A stretch of 64,000 nt of DNA from Chthoniobacteraceae bacterium (GTDB taxonomy: Bacteria > Verrucomicrobiota > Verrucomicrobiia > Chthoniobacterales > Chthoniobacteraceae): assembly GCA_031409655.1 (NCBI GenBank), contig JANNXQ010000187.1:71515-135514 (forward strand). The letters run 5' to 3'. Position numbers and translations under genes: made by a program. Shown here in pieces: positions 1 through 7,877 of this stretch. Numbering within the stretch: the stretch's first letter is position 1; the number at the start of each line of letters is the position of its first letter. The notes under the pieces are model-generated. The model was not told the DNA's origin and did not search any database. It saw nothing but the letters and a program-made list of their open reading frames with translations.

Positions 1-574
1 GAGCGTGATGGTGTCGCCGATCACGCCGCGGAAGTAATTGTGCTCTCCAAACTCAAACGTCGCGAACCCTCGCGGGAGCACATCGTGCAGCTTGAAGTCC
101 GCACTGCCGGCGCTGGAGAGATCGCCATTCCGCGCGGTGTAGGGGCCCTTGTAGTAATCGACGCGCTCGACGAGTTCGGGGACAAGAATGTTCAGATCCG
201 CATAACCCTGCCCATGCGCGTGGGTCCGCATATTCACCGGCATCCCGTCGATCGAGATCGCGAAGTCCGTCCCGTGATAGATTGAAACCGCGCAGGAAAT
301 ACTGGTTCGCCTTACCCCCGCCGGCGTGCTGCGTGACCACCATGCCCGGCACCGCCACGAGCACTTCGCCGCGGCGGAGCAGCGGACGCGCGCGCAGTTC
401 CTCGCCACTGGCCGCACCTTGCGTAGCAGTGGGGGCGACGCCGAGCACATCGGTGCGCTTGCCGACGATGACGGTGTCTTCGAGTTGCGCGGCGGAGGGA
501 TCGTGGGCGAGGGCCGTGGACGCGAGAGCGCCCGAGGTGAAGAGCGCCAGGTGGCGCAGGGAGGGTTTTTTCAT
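1..574 (-). pseudogene. TonB-dependent receptor, N-terminal part, frameshifted at ~278-282; runs off the window edge
   Basis: Signal peptide and plug motif PGMVVTQHAGGGKANQYFLRGFNL. The expected continuation HGTDFAISIDGMPVNMRTHAHGQGYADLN...KGPY lies in another frame (AAT CTAT CAC where AAT CTN GAT CAC is expected). Could be a sequencing error. Confidence 0.85.
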
Positions 575-633
575 GGGTAGTTTGGATTCGGAGAAATTTC
601 ATCCCGCGCGCGGTTCCGCGGGAATGGCCGCAC

Positions 634-663
634 AGTGCAACTGGCAGCGTTTTTTCCTGTCAA
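634..663 (-). promoter_or_regulatory. possible sigma70-type promoter of the TonB receptor gene
   Basis: Perfect TTGACA at 663-658 on the minus strand; weak -10 (TTGCAC/TGCACT) 17-18 nt downstream. Confidence 0.3.
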
Positions 664-818
664 TGCACGACTGACTTTCGGGACCGACTGTCCCGTGAAG
701 CGCCGCTCGACTCTCCGCAGATGCACGCAACGGCCACCGCGGATTCTTCCCACCAAGTCTGGCGTACCGCCTTCCTTCGCGAAGGGTGCGGCGTAGTCCT
801 TCCCCTGCGGCCCTGCCC

Positions 819-855
819 AAAAAAAGCCGCCGGCGCGAGTGAACGCACCGGCGGC
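819..855 (-). terminator. Rho-independent terminator after the HMA gene
   Basis: Minus strand GCCGCCGGTGCG-TTCACT-CGCGCCGGCGGC followed by T7, 30 nt past the stop codon. Confidence 0.8.
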
Positions 856-884
856 TCTGGAAGGGCGGGCGCAGGCCGCGCTGG

Positions 885-1187
885 TTACTTGGCGATCTTG
901 TACTTCGTCGCGTTGATCGCCGCGGCGATCTTTTCTTCGGTCGTCTTGGCCGGATCATAAGCGACGACCGCCGTGCCTTTCTCGGCACTGGCTTCGATGC
1001 TCTTTACGCCTTCGACTTTCGTCGTGGCACCTTTCAGCTCCGCTTCGCAAGAGGTGCAGGTCATGCCCGTCACTTTGAAAGTGGCGGACTTCGTGGCGGC
1101 GGCTTTGTCCTCAGCCTGGACGCCGGAGACGGTGAGGCTCAGGAGAGCGGTGAGGGCGAGGGCGAGTTTCGGGAATGGGATTTTCAT
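885..1187 (-). CDS. exported heavy-metal-associated (HMA, MerP/CopZ-like) protein
   Basis: Signal peptide MKIPFPKLALALTALLSLTVSGVQA and motif VTGMTCTSC; start placed at ATG 1187. Confidence 0.9.
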   Translation of the reverse strand: MKIPFPKLALALTALLSLTVSGVQAEDKAAATKSATFKVTGMTCTSCEAELKGATTKVEGVKSIEASAEKGTAVVAYDPAKTTEEKIAAAINATKYKIAK

Positions 1188-1228
1188 AGGCCTGGAAGTT
1201 CCCGAGCCCATCGGGAAACGCAAGTGAT

Positions 1229-1480
1229 CTATCGAGCGGCAGGCCAGTAGAGCGCCGGCTGACGCTGGAATTCCCGGCAGCAATTCTCGCTGCAAAAGTA
1301 GTGCGTGCGTCCGCCGTAGTCGGCGTGCGGCGTGCGCGGCGAGGCATCGACGATGAGGCAATCGAAGTCGCGGCGATGACGACAGACCGGGCAATGCTGC
1401 TCGCGTGCTCCCGCCGGCGGGGCCGGCGGGAGCGAAGTACAACCGGCGCAGAGCACGGCGATGAGGAGGAGGGCGCGCAT
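1229..1480 (-). CDS. YHS-domain lipoprotein
   Basis: Lipobox-like LCAGC; CPVC...YGGRTHYFCSENC YHS pattern. Confidence 0.8.
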   Translation of the reverse strand: MRALLLIAVLCAGCTSLPPAPPAGAREQHCPVCRHRRDFDCLIVDASPRTPHADYGGRTHYFCSENCCREFQRQPALYWPAAR

Positions 1481-1482
1481 GG

Positions 1483-2520
1483 CTAGAAGCTAATGTTCAG
1501 GCTGCTGGTGAGGCGGAAGTCCGTCTCGACTTGATCGCCATTCAACTCCTGCAGCACGGGGAACTGCACGCCGACACTCCACGCGGCGTGTTCGCTGAAA
1601 CGCACGCGCAGGCCGGGCGAGAGGAAGAGCACGGTGCCGCCGGTGCTCTCCTCGCGCTCTTCGGAGACTTTGCTTTTCTGCACGGAGCGCACCGTCGCTT
1701 CGCCTTGCAGACTGACTTGCGGGAAGCTCTGCGCGTTGCCGATGAAGCGCCAGCCGAGGGCCATGCCGGCATCGAAACGATTGCCGAGCCGGTAGTCGTG
1801 CTTCTCGCCGCGCACGATGTATTGCGCACTCACATCCACGGCCACGCTCGGCGTGAGCGACTGGGTGTAAGCCGCGCCGAACATCCCATCCCACGCGCCG
1901 CTGCCAGCCGTCGAGGCGGGCTCAACGCGCTCGCCGCCACTGGTGAAGACACGATCGTCACCGACGGGAAATTTCACGCCGCCGAAGAGCGCGACCTGGC
2001 CGAGCGGGCCGCGATAGACACGATACTTCGCGGTGAGCCAGAGGTCCGTCCAGCCATCGGGGTCGAAGGTGTCGAACTGGGGCGCCTCGGCGGTTTCGGC
2101 GGCTTCGTCCGCAGCGGCGTGCTCTGCTTCCGCGTCCTCGTGGGTGTGTGGAGCGGATTCATCCTGCGCTTCTTCTTCTCCTTCTTCATGCCCGTGCGCG
2201 ATCTCGCGCGTGCCGTCGGCGGCGTAGTAGCCAAAGGCGAGGCTGAGTTGGAAATTCTCCGTGATCCCGAAGCCGATGCTCAGGGTGGTGAGGAAGGAGC
2301 GGTCGATGAGATCGAAGTGGTCCAGACCGACGAGCGTGTCGGTGCTGGGCGAATCGAATTCGGTCCAGTCGAACTTGAGCGTCGAGGACCACTGGCGTGC
2401 TTTCAGCGTCTCCGCGCTCTCGGTATTCGAGCCGCTGCCGGAGGTGCCGGGGCCGTGGTCAGCGAACGCGATGGTGGTGGCGCAGGCGGTGAGTAATGCG
2501 GAGAGGGTTAGTTTGGTCAT
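1483..2520 (-). CDS. outer-membrane beta-barrel transporter (Phenol_MetA_deg-like) with His/Glu-rich loop
   Basis: Signal peptide, amphipathic strands, GVKFPVG and GSGAWD motifs, C-terminal Phe, loop HGHEEGEEE...HTHEDAEAEH. Confidence 0.75.
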   Translation of the reverse strand: MTKLTLSALLTACATTIAFADHGPGTSGSGSNTESAETLKARQWSSTLKFDWTEFDSPSTDTLVGLDHFDLIDRSFLTTLSIGFGITENFQLSLAFGYYAADGTREIAHGHEEGEEEAQDESAPHTHEDAEAEHAAADEAAETAEAPQFDTFDPDGWTDLWLTAKYRVYRGPLGQVALFGGVKFPVGDDRVFTSGGERVEPASTAGSGAWDGMFGAAYTQSLTPSVAVDVSAQYIVRGEKHDYRLGNRFDAGMALGWRFIGNAQSFPQVSLQGEATVRSVQKSKVSEEREESTGGTVLFLSPGLRVRFSEHAAWSVGVQFPVLQELNGDQVETDFRLTSSLNISF

Positions 2521-2542
2521 GGGTCGTGGGTGGGGTTGGTGG

Positions 2543-3643
2543 TTATGGCAAGGCTGCGGTGAATTGAAGGATCTCCCGGCTGCCATCGGTGAAGCGCACG
2601 AGGAGCGTCACCGTGCCATCGGCAGCGAGGGCGCGGGCGGTGCCGCCGGGATGTGGCGCGGAAGTGGGCAGGGCGATGGTGACTGGCGTCTTCAGCGCCT
2701 GGTCGCTGAGGAAGGGCTGGCCTTCCATGATCAACATCGTGAACACCGGTACGCCTCCGGCGAAGCTCACCCGCCAGACGCCATGGCCCGAAATGCGGCC
2801 AGTGGTGGCTCCTGCGGAAAGGAGGAAGCCGTCGCCGCTGGGGAAAAACCAATTCAGTCGGGTGAAGCGGAAGCCCACCGGGCCGGGCGCAGTCAGGCCC
2901 TCGCGCCACGCGATGCCGAGCGCGGTGCCGCCGCCGGTCGGCACATATTGCGCGAGCAGCGCGACATCGGTGGCCGCGGTGACGCCGCCCGCACCAGCCA
3001 CGAGCGTCGCGAGAAAACTCACGAGGCCGGTGCTCGAGACGGCGGGGTCGCCGAAACTCCGGAGCTTCGATTCCACGAGGTCGGGCGCGGCGCTTCCGGT
3101 CCGCGCGAGCACGGTCGTTTCGCCATCGGCGCGCAGGAGGATGGCGCTGTTGCTTGCGGCGCCGATGCCGGGGCCGGCGAAGGATTCGAGCGTGAGCGTG
3201 AGGCGATTGCTCACGAAAGCCCCCGACGGCACGCCCGCGGCGAGAAAGTCTGCAGGCACGCCCTCGCCGCGCCAGCCAGGTTGCGTGCTGCGGTTCTCAG
3301 TGGTGATGCCGGGCGCGAGCACTTCATTGCTCGGCGCATCGGGGAGTAACCACGCACTGCTCCCCGGCGCGCCCAGTGGAGCGAAGCGCGGATCGTCCGG
3401 CACGGTGGTGCGCGTCTGTTCATTCGCGTGCAGGATGACGCGCTCGACGCTCCCCGAAATCGAGCCGGCGATTTCCACCAGCGCATCGTTTTGCCGAATC
3501 CCGACCAGCCACGGATTGGTGCCAGTGCCGACATGCGCGGCGACGAAGTTGATCGAGAGCTCGATCGCGCCCGCGGAAAGAACGGTCTGCGCCGACGCGG
3601 CGAGCGGCAGCGCGAGCAGTAGGAGGAGCAGGATTCTGCGCAT
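2543..3643 (-). CDS. secreted protein: choice-of-anchor-M-like N-terminal part joined to beta-propeller-like repeats
   Basis: Signal peptide MRRILLLLLL; VPDDPRFAPLGAPGSSAWLLP...PGITTE...LTLESFAGPG; then LARTGSAAP...FGDPAVSSTGLVSF repeats. Confidence 0.55.
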   Translation of the reverse strand: MRRILLLLLLALPLAASAQTVLSAGAIELSINFVAAHVGTGTNPWLVGIRQNDALVEIAGSISGSVERVILHANEQTRTTVPDDPRFAPLGAPGSSAWLLPDAPSNEVLAPGITTENRSTQPGWRGEGVPADFLAAGVPSGAFVSNRLTLTLESFAGPGIGAASNSAILLRADGETTVLARTGSAAPDLVESKLRSFGDPAVSSTGLVSFLATLVAGAGGVTAATDVALLAQYVPTGGGTALGIAWREGLTAPGPVGFRFTRLNWFFPSGDGFLLSAGATTGRISGHGVWRVSFAGGVPVFTMLIMEGQPFLSDQALKTPVTIALPTSAPHPGGTARALAADGTVTLLVRFTDGSREILQFTAALP

Positions 3644-3673
3644 GGGATTTAGTGGTGATCGTGCGTGCGACGG

Positions 3674-3746
3674 GAGCCCAAGGAGCAGGGGCGCCCCCGC
3701 CCCGTGTCTGAGCCTTGGGGCGAGGGCGCCCCTACTCCTTGGGTTC
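3674..3746 (-). terminator. 30-bp intergenic hairpin (terminator or mRNA stabiliser)
   Basis: Arms 3674-3703 and 3717-3746 are inverted repeats with 3 mismatches, two of which are G-U pairs on the minus-strand RNA; no U-tract. Confidence 0.6.
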
Positions 3747-3756
3747 GCCGCGCGGT

Positions 3757-4521
3757 TCATTTTTCCGAGACCTCCGACGAAGTACGCCGACGGCGGAGTG
3801 CGAGCGTCCCGAGCCCGGCGAGGAGCATGGCCGCCGTGCCCAGCTCCGGCACCGAGGTGAAGGTGGCGCGATAGCCCTGGCGATCCGGGTCGGTGGCCGC
3901 CGCATTGCTGCCGAGCGCGATGGAATATTGCCCGGCGGGCAGCGTGTAGGTCGCTTCCGCGGAGGTCGCCAAGGAGTTACTCACACAGCCGACGTAGGTG
4001 AGGTCTTCGGCCCACACGACGGCACCGTCATTGTTCCAGGTGTGATGGTCATTTGCGGTGGCCGGGACGTAACCGAGCGCGGTCGCCACGTCGGCTGGCA
4101 TCAGGTCATTGTCCCACCCGCTCCAGATGGTGAAGGAGGGATAGAACGACTCCGTATCCGCGAGATGCAGCGGGTCACCGGAGATGGGCTGGGAAACATT
4201 CGCGTCGCGCTCGAGGCGCAGCGTGAAGGTGGTGGCCGAGGTGAGCGTGAGCGCCACCCAATCCGAGGTGTGCGTCCAGCCCACCGGATCGTCGCCGACT
4301 CCGAAGAGGCTCTGGTCTTCCCAGCTCCACGCGCCAACATGGCGCGAGGCGCTGGCGCTGTCGGTCTCGCCCAGCAAGACCGTCCACCGATAGCCGATGC
4401 CGCCCACGATGGGGGCGAGTGAGTCACGCGGAGTGACGGTGCCGGCGCGGAGCCCCGTGTTGGTGCTCAGCGCGGCGAGAACTGCGGTGAGGATGAGGTG
4501 GTTTGGTTTTGTTGTTTGCAT
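3757..4521 (-). CDS. PEP-CTERM surface protein, CorA/MopE-like putative copper-binding domain
   Basis: Signal peptide; C-terminal VPELGTAAMLLAGLGTLALRRRR; motifs GAWSW, GWTHTSD, DHHTWNN, AGQYSIALG. Confidence 0.7.
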   Translation of the reverse strand: MQTTKPNHLILTAVLAALSTNTGLRAGTVTPRDSLAPIVGGIGYRWTVLLGETDSASASRHVGAWSWEDQSLFGVGDDPVGWTHTSDWVALTLTSATTFTLRLERDANVSQPISGDPLHLADTESFYPSFTIWSGWDNDLMPADVATALGYVPATANDHHTWNNDGAVVWAEDLTYVGCVSNSLATSAEATYTLPAGQYSIALGSNAAATDPDRQGYRATFTSVPELGTAAMLLAGLGTLALRRRRTSSEVSEK

Positions 4522-4580
4522 GGTGTGTTTTGGGTTTTGGTTAGCGGGGGATTTGGTCGGAGAAATTTGCGGGCGGGCGC

Positions 4581-7166
4581 TCACCAGGTGCGGCGCAACC
4601 GGTAGAAACGCGTGGGGATGGCGGTCATTGGGTCGAGGCATTGCAGCCAGCCGGCGACCTTTGCCCGCGCGGTGGTCACGGGCGTCCATGGGCCAGCGGG
4701 CGATGGCGCGGATTCGAGGGCCCAGCCCGCGGGCGCGGCGGGCCATTGCAGTTGCGCATCGCTGCCGACGCGCGCGATGCCGAGCGCGGGCAGCGGCTCG
4801 TCGCGATCACGCACGCTGTTGCCATCGCGATCGGTAGAAAGGTGCCGGCCTTCGCCTGGCGGTGCGCCGAGGAAGGTGAGCGCATCGCCCGGGCCCAGCA
4901 GCGCGAGGAGTTGCGCGCGGGTGAGCACTGGCTCGCTCGCGGTGTCGGGCTCGTAGCGCTGCGTGCTGCGATGGTAGAAATACGCGCGCGTTTTTCCCCC
5001 GACCACGCCGCGCGCGACGAGCTCGCTGGCCTGCGCCGCAGCCTGCGCTTCCATCTGCGCAAGATCGGTTGCGAAGGCCGCACTGGTGGCGCTGGTCACG
5101 GTGAAGCCGTCGCCCACGCTTGGCTTCGTCTCCGTGGGGAAGCAGAGCACGAAGGCCGTGACATCGGCGAAATCGTTTGGCGATTCCGAGCCGAGCTCGT
5201 CGAGCGCGTAGGGATGCACCGTGGGCAGCGCGTGGCCGCTGCCATCGTGATCGAGCCCAAAGCCGCTCAAGGATTGCTGCCCGGCGATCGGTTTGAAAAA
5301 GAGGCGCTGGTAGCTGGTGCGCAGCGTCGGGTTCTTGAGTGGCTGCACTGCGCCGACTTCCTGCGGCAGATCGATGTTGTTATTCGTCCCGCGCGGAATC
5401 GTGTGGCAGAAGCTGCAATGATTGTTGTGCCTCGTGAAGAGGTCCGCGCCGCGCACCGCATCGCCGCCGGCGAGTGTGGGCGGCGGCGTGCCGTCGCGGC
5501 GCAGGATCGGATTCGGATGATTGCGCAGCGTGAAGAGATAGGCCGCGAGTGCGTCGATGTCGGGCGTGGCGAGTTCCGCGCCGCCCATGAGCTTGTCGAA
5601 AGTCGCATTGAAGCTCTGCAAGGTCGCGCGGTCGCCGCGCCAGTGGAACGGCGCGCCGCCGCTCAAGCCGCGCAAAGTCTGCGTGGTCATCGGGCCTTTC
5701 ATCGGATGCATCGTGCGCGGCCGCGGCGTGGCATCGTGGACGACGAGATTCGCGCCCATGACGGTTTGCATCTCGCCGCCGGGATCGCCGAGATCCCACG
5801 CGAGCCCGTCGCGATCCGCATCGAGATGGCAGGTCGCGCACGAGCTGAGCCCATTGCCCGAGAGCCGCGCGTCGAAAAGAAACCCGCGCCCTTCGCGGAT
5901 CGCCGCAGGCATCGGGTCGTGGCTGGCGAGCGGCACCTCCGCGAGCAGCGTGCCAGCGGCGGTGCCCAGCACGGAGATGGTGCTACTGAGCTTATTGAGC
6001 ACGTAGAGGCGCGGCTGCGTCGGGTGCAGCGCGAGGGCGCGCGGGCCGCGCATCTGGCGTGCGGTCTGGCCGGTCGAGCTTAGCTCCGTGCGCGCGAGCA
6101 CCGCGCCCGATGCAGGTTCGATCCGCACGATGCGATCCGAGCCGAAGGCCGCGACCCACGCCGTCGCGCCATCGCTGGAAAAAGTGAGCGCCGTGGGCTG
6201 CGCGAGCGCGGTGCTCTGCGCCGCGGCATTTGGGAGCGTCGCGTAGTCCACGCCCGGATTCAGATCGAAGATCGTCGCCGCACCATTGCCCAGCGCGAGC
6301 CGGGTGAGCCGATGATCCGCGACATGCCCGCGCAGCACTGGCTCGAAGCGCACGAGATTGCGCGCCTCGGTATTCGCCACCCACACGTCGCCGCTCTGCG
6401 GATGCAGCGCGACATCGAGCAGATTCGTGCCCGCGCCGGAAAAGTAGCGCGTGACCTGCCCGGTCGAGGCGTTGATCTCCACCACGTCGCGATCCAGCAG
6501 CGTGTAGCCGATGCCCGGATGATTCGCCGCGACGATGAGGCTCGTCTGCGGCGCGGCGGGAAGATTGGGATTGGTCGGCGCCGGCAGCGCGGGCGCGACG
6601 TTTGCCGGGAGGATCGTCGTCCCATTTCCCGAATGCAGAAACGCCGCATAGACCAACGTGCCCGCCGCATTCACCGCCAGCGCACTCGGTACCAGACCTT
6701 GCACCGCGATGGGCGCGAGCTCCTGCCTGGTCGCCACATCGAAGACCCGCACGAGATTATTCCGCGCGCAGGTCACAAAAGCGCGCCCCGCCGCGAAGAC
6801 CACATCCGCCGGCTCATCGCTCGCCTTCAAAGTTGCCACCACCGCCCCCGCGCTGAGCGACACGATACTCACGCTGTCGCTCAGTTCATTGACCACCCAC
6901 ACCTCGTCATTCGTCCGCGCTCGCACCGCCACCGGCTCCAGCCCCACCGGAATCTCCGCGAGCAAGACCGGCTCCACATTCACCGCATCCCCCACCGCAA
7001 AGACCGAGAGCCGCGCCTCCGCCGAGTGCACCGCGAGCAGCCGCGCGCCATCCGGTGTGAGCGCGATGCCGTGGGTGTGCCGGGCCTCGGCGTGGGTGAA
7101 AATCTGCCCGCAGGCGAGCATTTGCCCCACGAAGAACGTGGCGAGGATGTGAAAAAATTTGGGCAA
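4581..7166 (-). CDS. YncE-like beta-propeller fused to di-heme cytochrome c (bCcP/MauG-like) domain
   Basis: Propeller repeats (IPVGLEP, EPADV, GPRALAL); GRGFLFDARLSGNGLSSCATCH; second heme motif CSFCH; APFHWRGDR; C-terminal FYRLRR module. Confidence 0.85.
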   Translation of the reverse strand: MPKFFHILATFFVGQMLACGQIFTHAEARHTHGIALTPDGARLLAVHSAEARLSVFAVGDAVNVEPVLLAEIPVGLEPVAVRARTNDEVWVVNELSDSVSIVSLSAGAVVATLKASDEPADVVFAAGRAFVTCARNNLVRVFDVATRQELAPIAVQGLVPSALAVNAAGTLVYAAFLHSGNGTTILPANVAPALPAPTNPNLPAAPQTSLIVAANHPGIGYTLLDRDVVEINASTGQVTRYFSGAGTNLLDVALHPQSGDVWVANTEARNLVRFEPVLRGHVADHRLTRLALGNGAATIFDLNPGVDYATLPNAAAQSTALAQPTALTFSSDGATAWVAAFGSDRIVRIEPASGAVLARTELSSTGQTARQMRGPRALALHPTQPRLYVLNKLSSTISVLGTAAGTLLAEVPLASHDPMPAAIREGRGFLFDARLSGNGLSSCATCHLDADRDGLAWDLGDPGGEMQTVMGANLVVHDATPRPRTMHPMKGPMTTQTLRGLSGGAPFHWRGDRATLQSFNATFDKLMGGAELATPDIDALAAYLFTLRNHPNPILRRDGTPPPTLAGGDAVRGADLFTRHNNHCSFCHTIPRGTNNNIDLPQEVGAVQPLKNPTLRTSYQRLFFKPIAGQQSLSGFGLDHDGSGHALPTVHPYALDELGSESPNDFADVTAFVLCFPTETKPSVGDGFTVTSATSAAFATDLAQMEAQAAAQASELVARGVVGGKTRAYFYHRSTQRYEPDTASEPVLTRAQLLALLGPGDALTFLGAPPGEGRHLSTDRDGNSVRDRDEPLPALGIARVGSDAQLQWPAAPAGWALESAPSPAGPWTPVTTARAKVAGWLQCLDPMTAIPTRFYRLRRTW

Positions 7167-7417
7167 GGGTGTGAATTTGGAGGTGCAACATTTCCCGAGA
7201 GAAACAGGGCGGTGGAACCGGGTTGGGCTAGGAACATCACCCGGGCAAGGGGCTCGGGGGGTGCGCTTCCCAGGCGCGCGGTGCGGTCATCCGACCGACC
7301 TCTTTGGAAAAAAATCCATGCCGGCTCGCGGGCGCGAGGCAGCCCGGCACGGGCGCAGAGCGGGCGAACGGGCCGCGCGAAGTGCGCGGCACTCGCGAGA
7401 AACGAAGGTTCGCCCGA

Positions 7418-7804
7418 CTAGGCGAGCGGCGGGGGCGTGGGCGGCGCGTCCAGACGCCGTCCTTCTTCCGCCCGGAATCCACTCCAAGCGATTTCGCCGC
7501 TCTCCAGCGGCTGGGCCAGTTCAAAGCGCACCAGCGTCGCGCTCTTGAATTCCATGAGCTTTTTCACCATCGGAGCCGCGGGCGCTTCCTTCTTCTCCTC
7601 TTGCTGCCCGCTGGTGATCGCCGAACACAAGTGACAAGGATGCGCGCCGTCGAAAGTGGTCCGCACGGCTTGCTCCACCCCCACCGACTGCGTCCGGGTC
7701 ACGAGCATTCCCGTCCACGCCGTCATCTGCAAAACCGCCCAGTGAGCGCCGCTCAAATAGAGCGCGCAAACGGCGGTCAGGAGAGTTCGGCAGGCGCGTT
7801 GCAC
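7418..7804 (-). CDS. small membrane protein with CxxC and Pro-rich tail (DUF2946-like)
   Basis: HWAVLQMTAWTGML...FDGAHPCHLC...DAPPTPPP; GTG start assumed at 7804. Confidence 0.6.
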   Translation of the reverse strand: MQRACRTLLTAVCALYLSGAHWAVLQMTAWTGMLVTRTQSVGVEQAVRTTFDGAHPCHLCSAITSGQQEEKKEAPAAPMVKKLMEFKSATLVRFELAQPLESGEIAWSGFRAEEGRRLDAPPTPPPLA

Positions 7805-7877
7805 GCGAGAGCGGTCAGCGATAACGGCACCCGCGTCAACCTTTCGTTCCCGCGCGACCGGGGCCCGCGTGGGCAAC

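Noticed and set aside
575..818. Cobalamin riboswitch upstream of the TonB receptor
   Set aside because: Hairpins are present but I could not find the conserved GGGAA, GCCACTG and B12-box elements in the right order on the minus strand.
7172..7196. Canonical Zur box upstream of the di-heme gene
   Set aside because: Only one half (GAAATGTT) resembles the proteobacterial consensus and there is no good palindrome; kept only as a weak shared GTTGCAC note.
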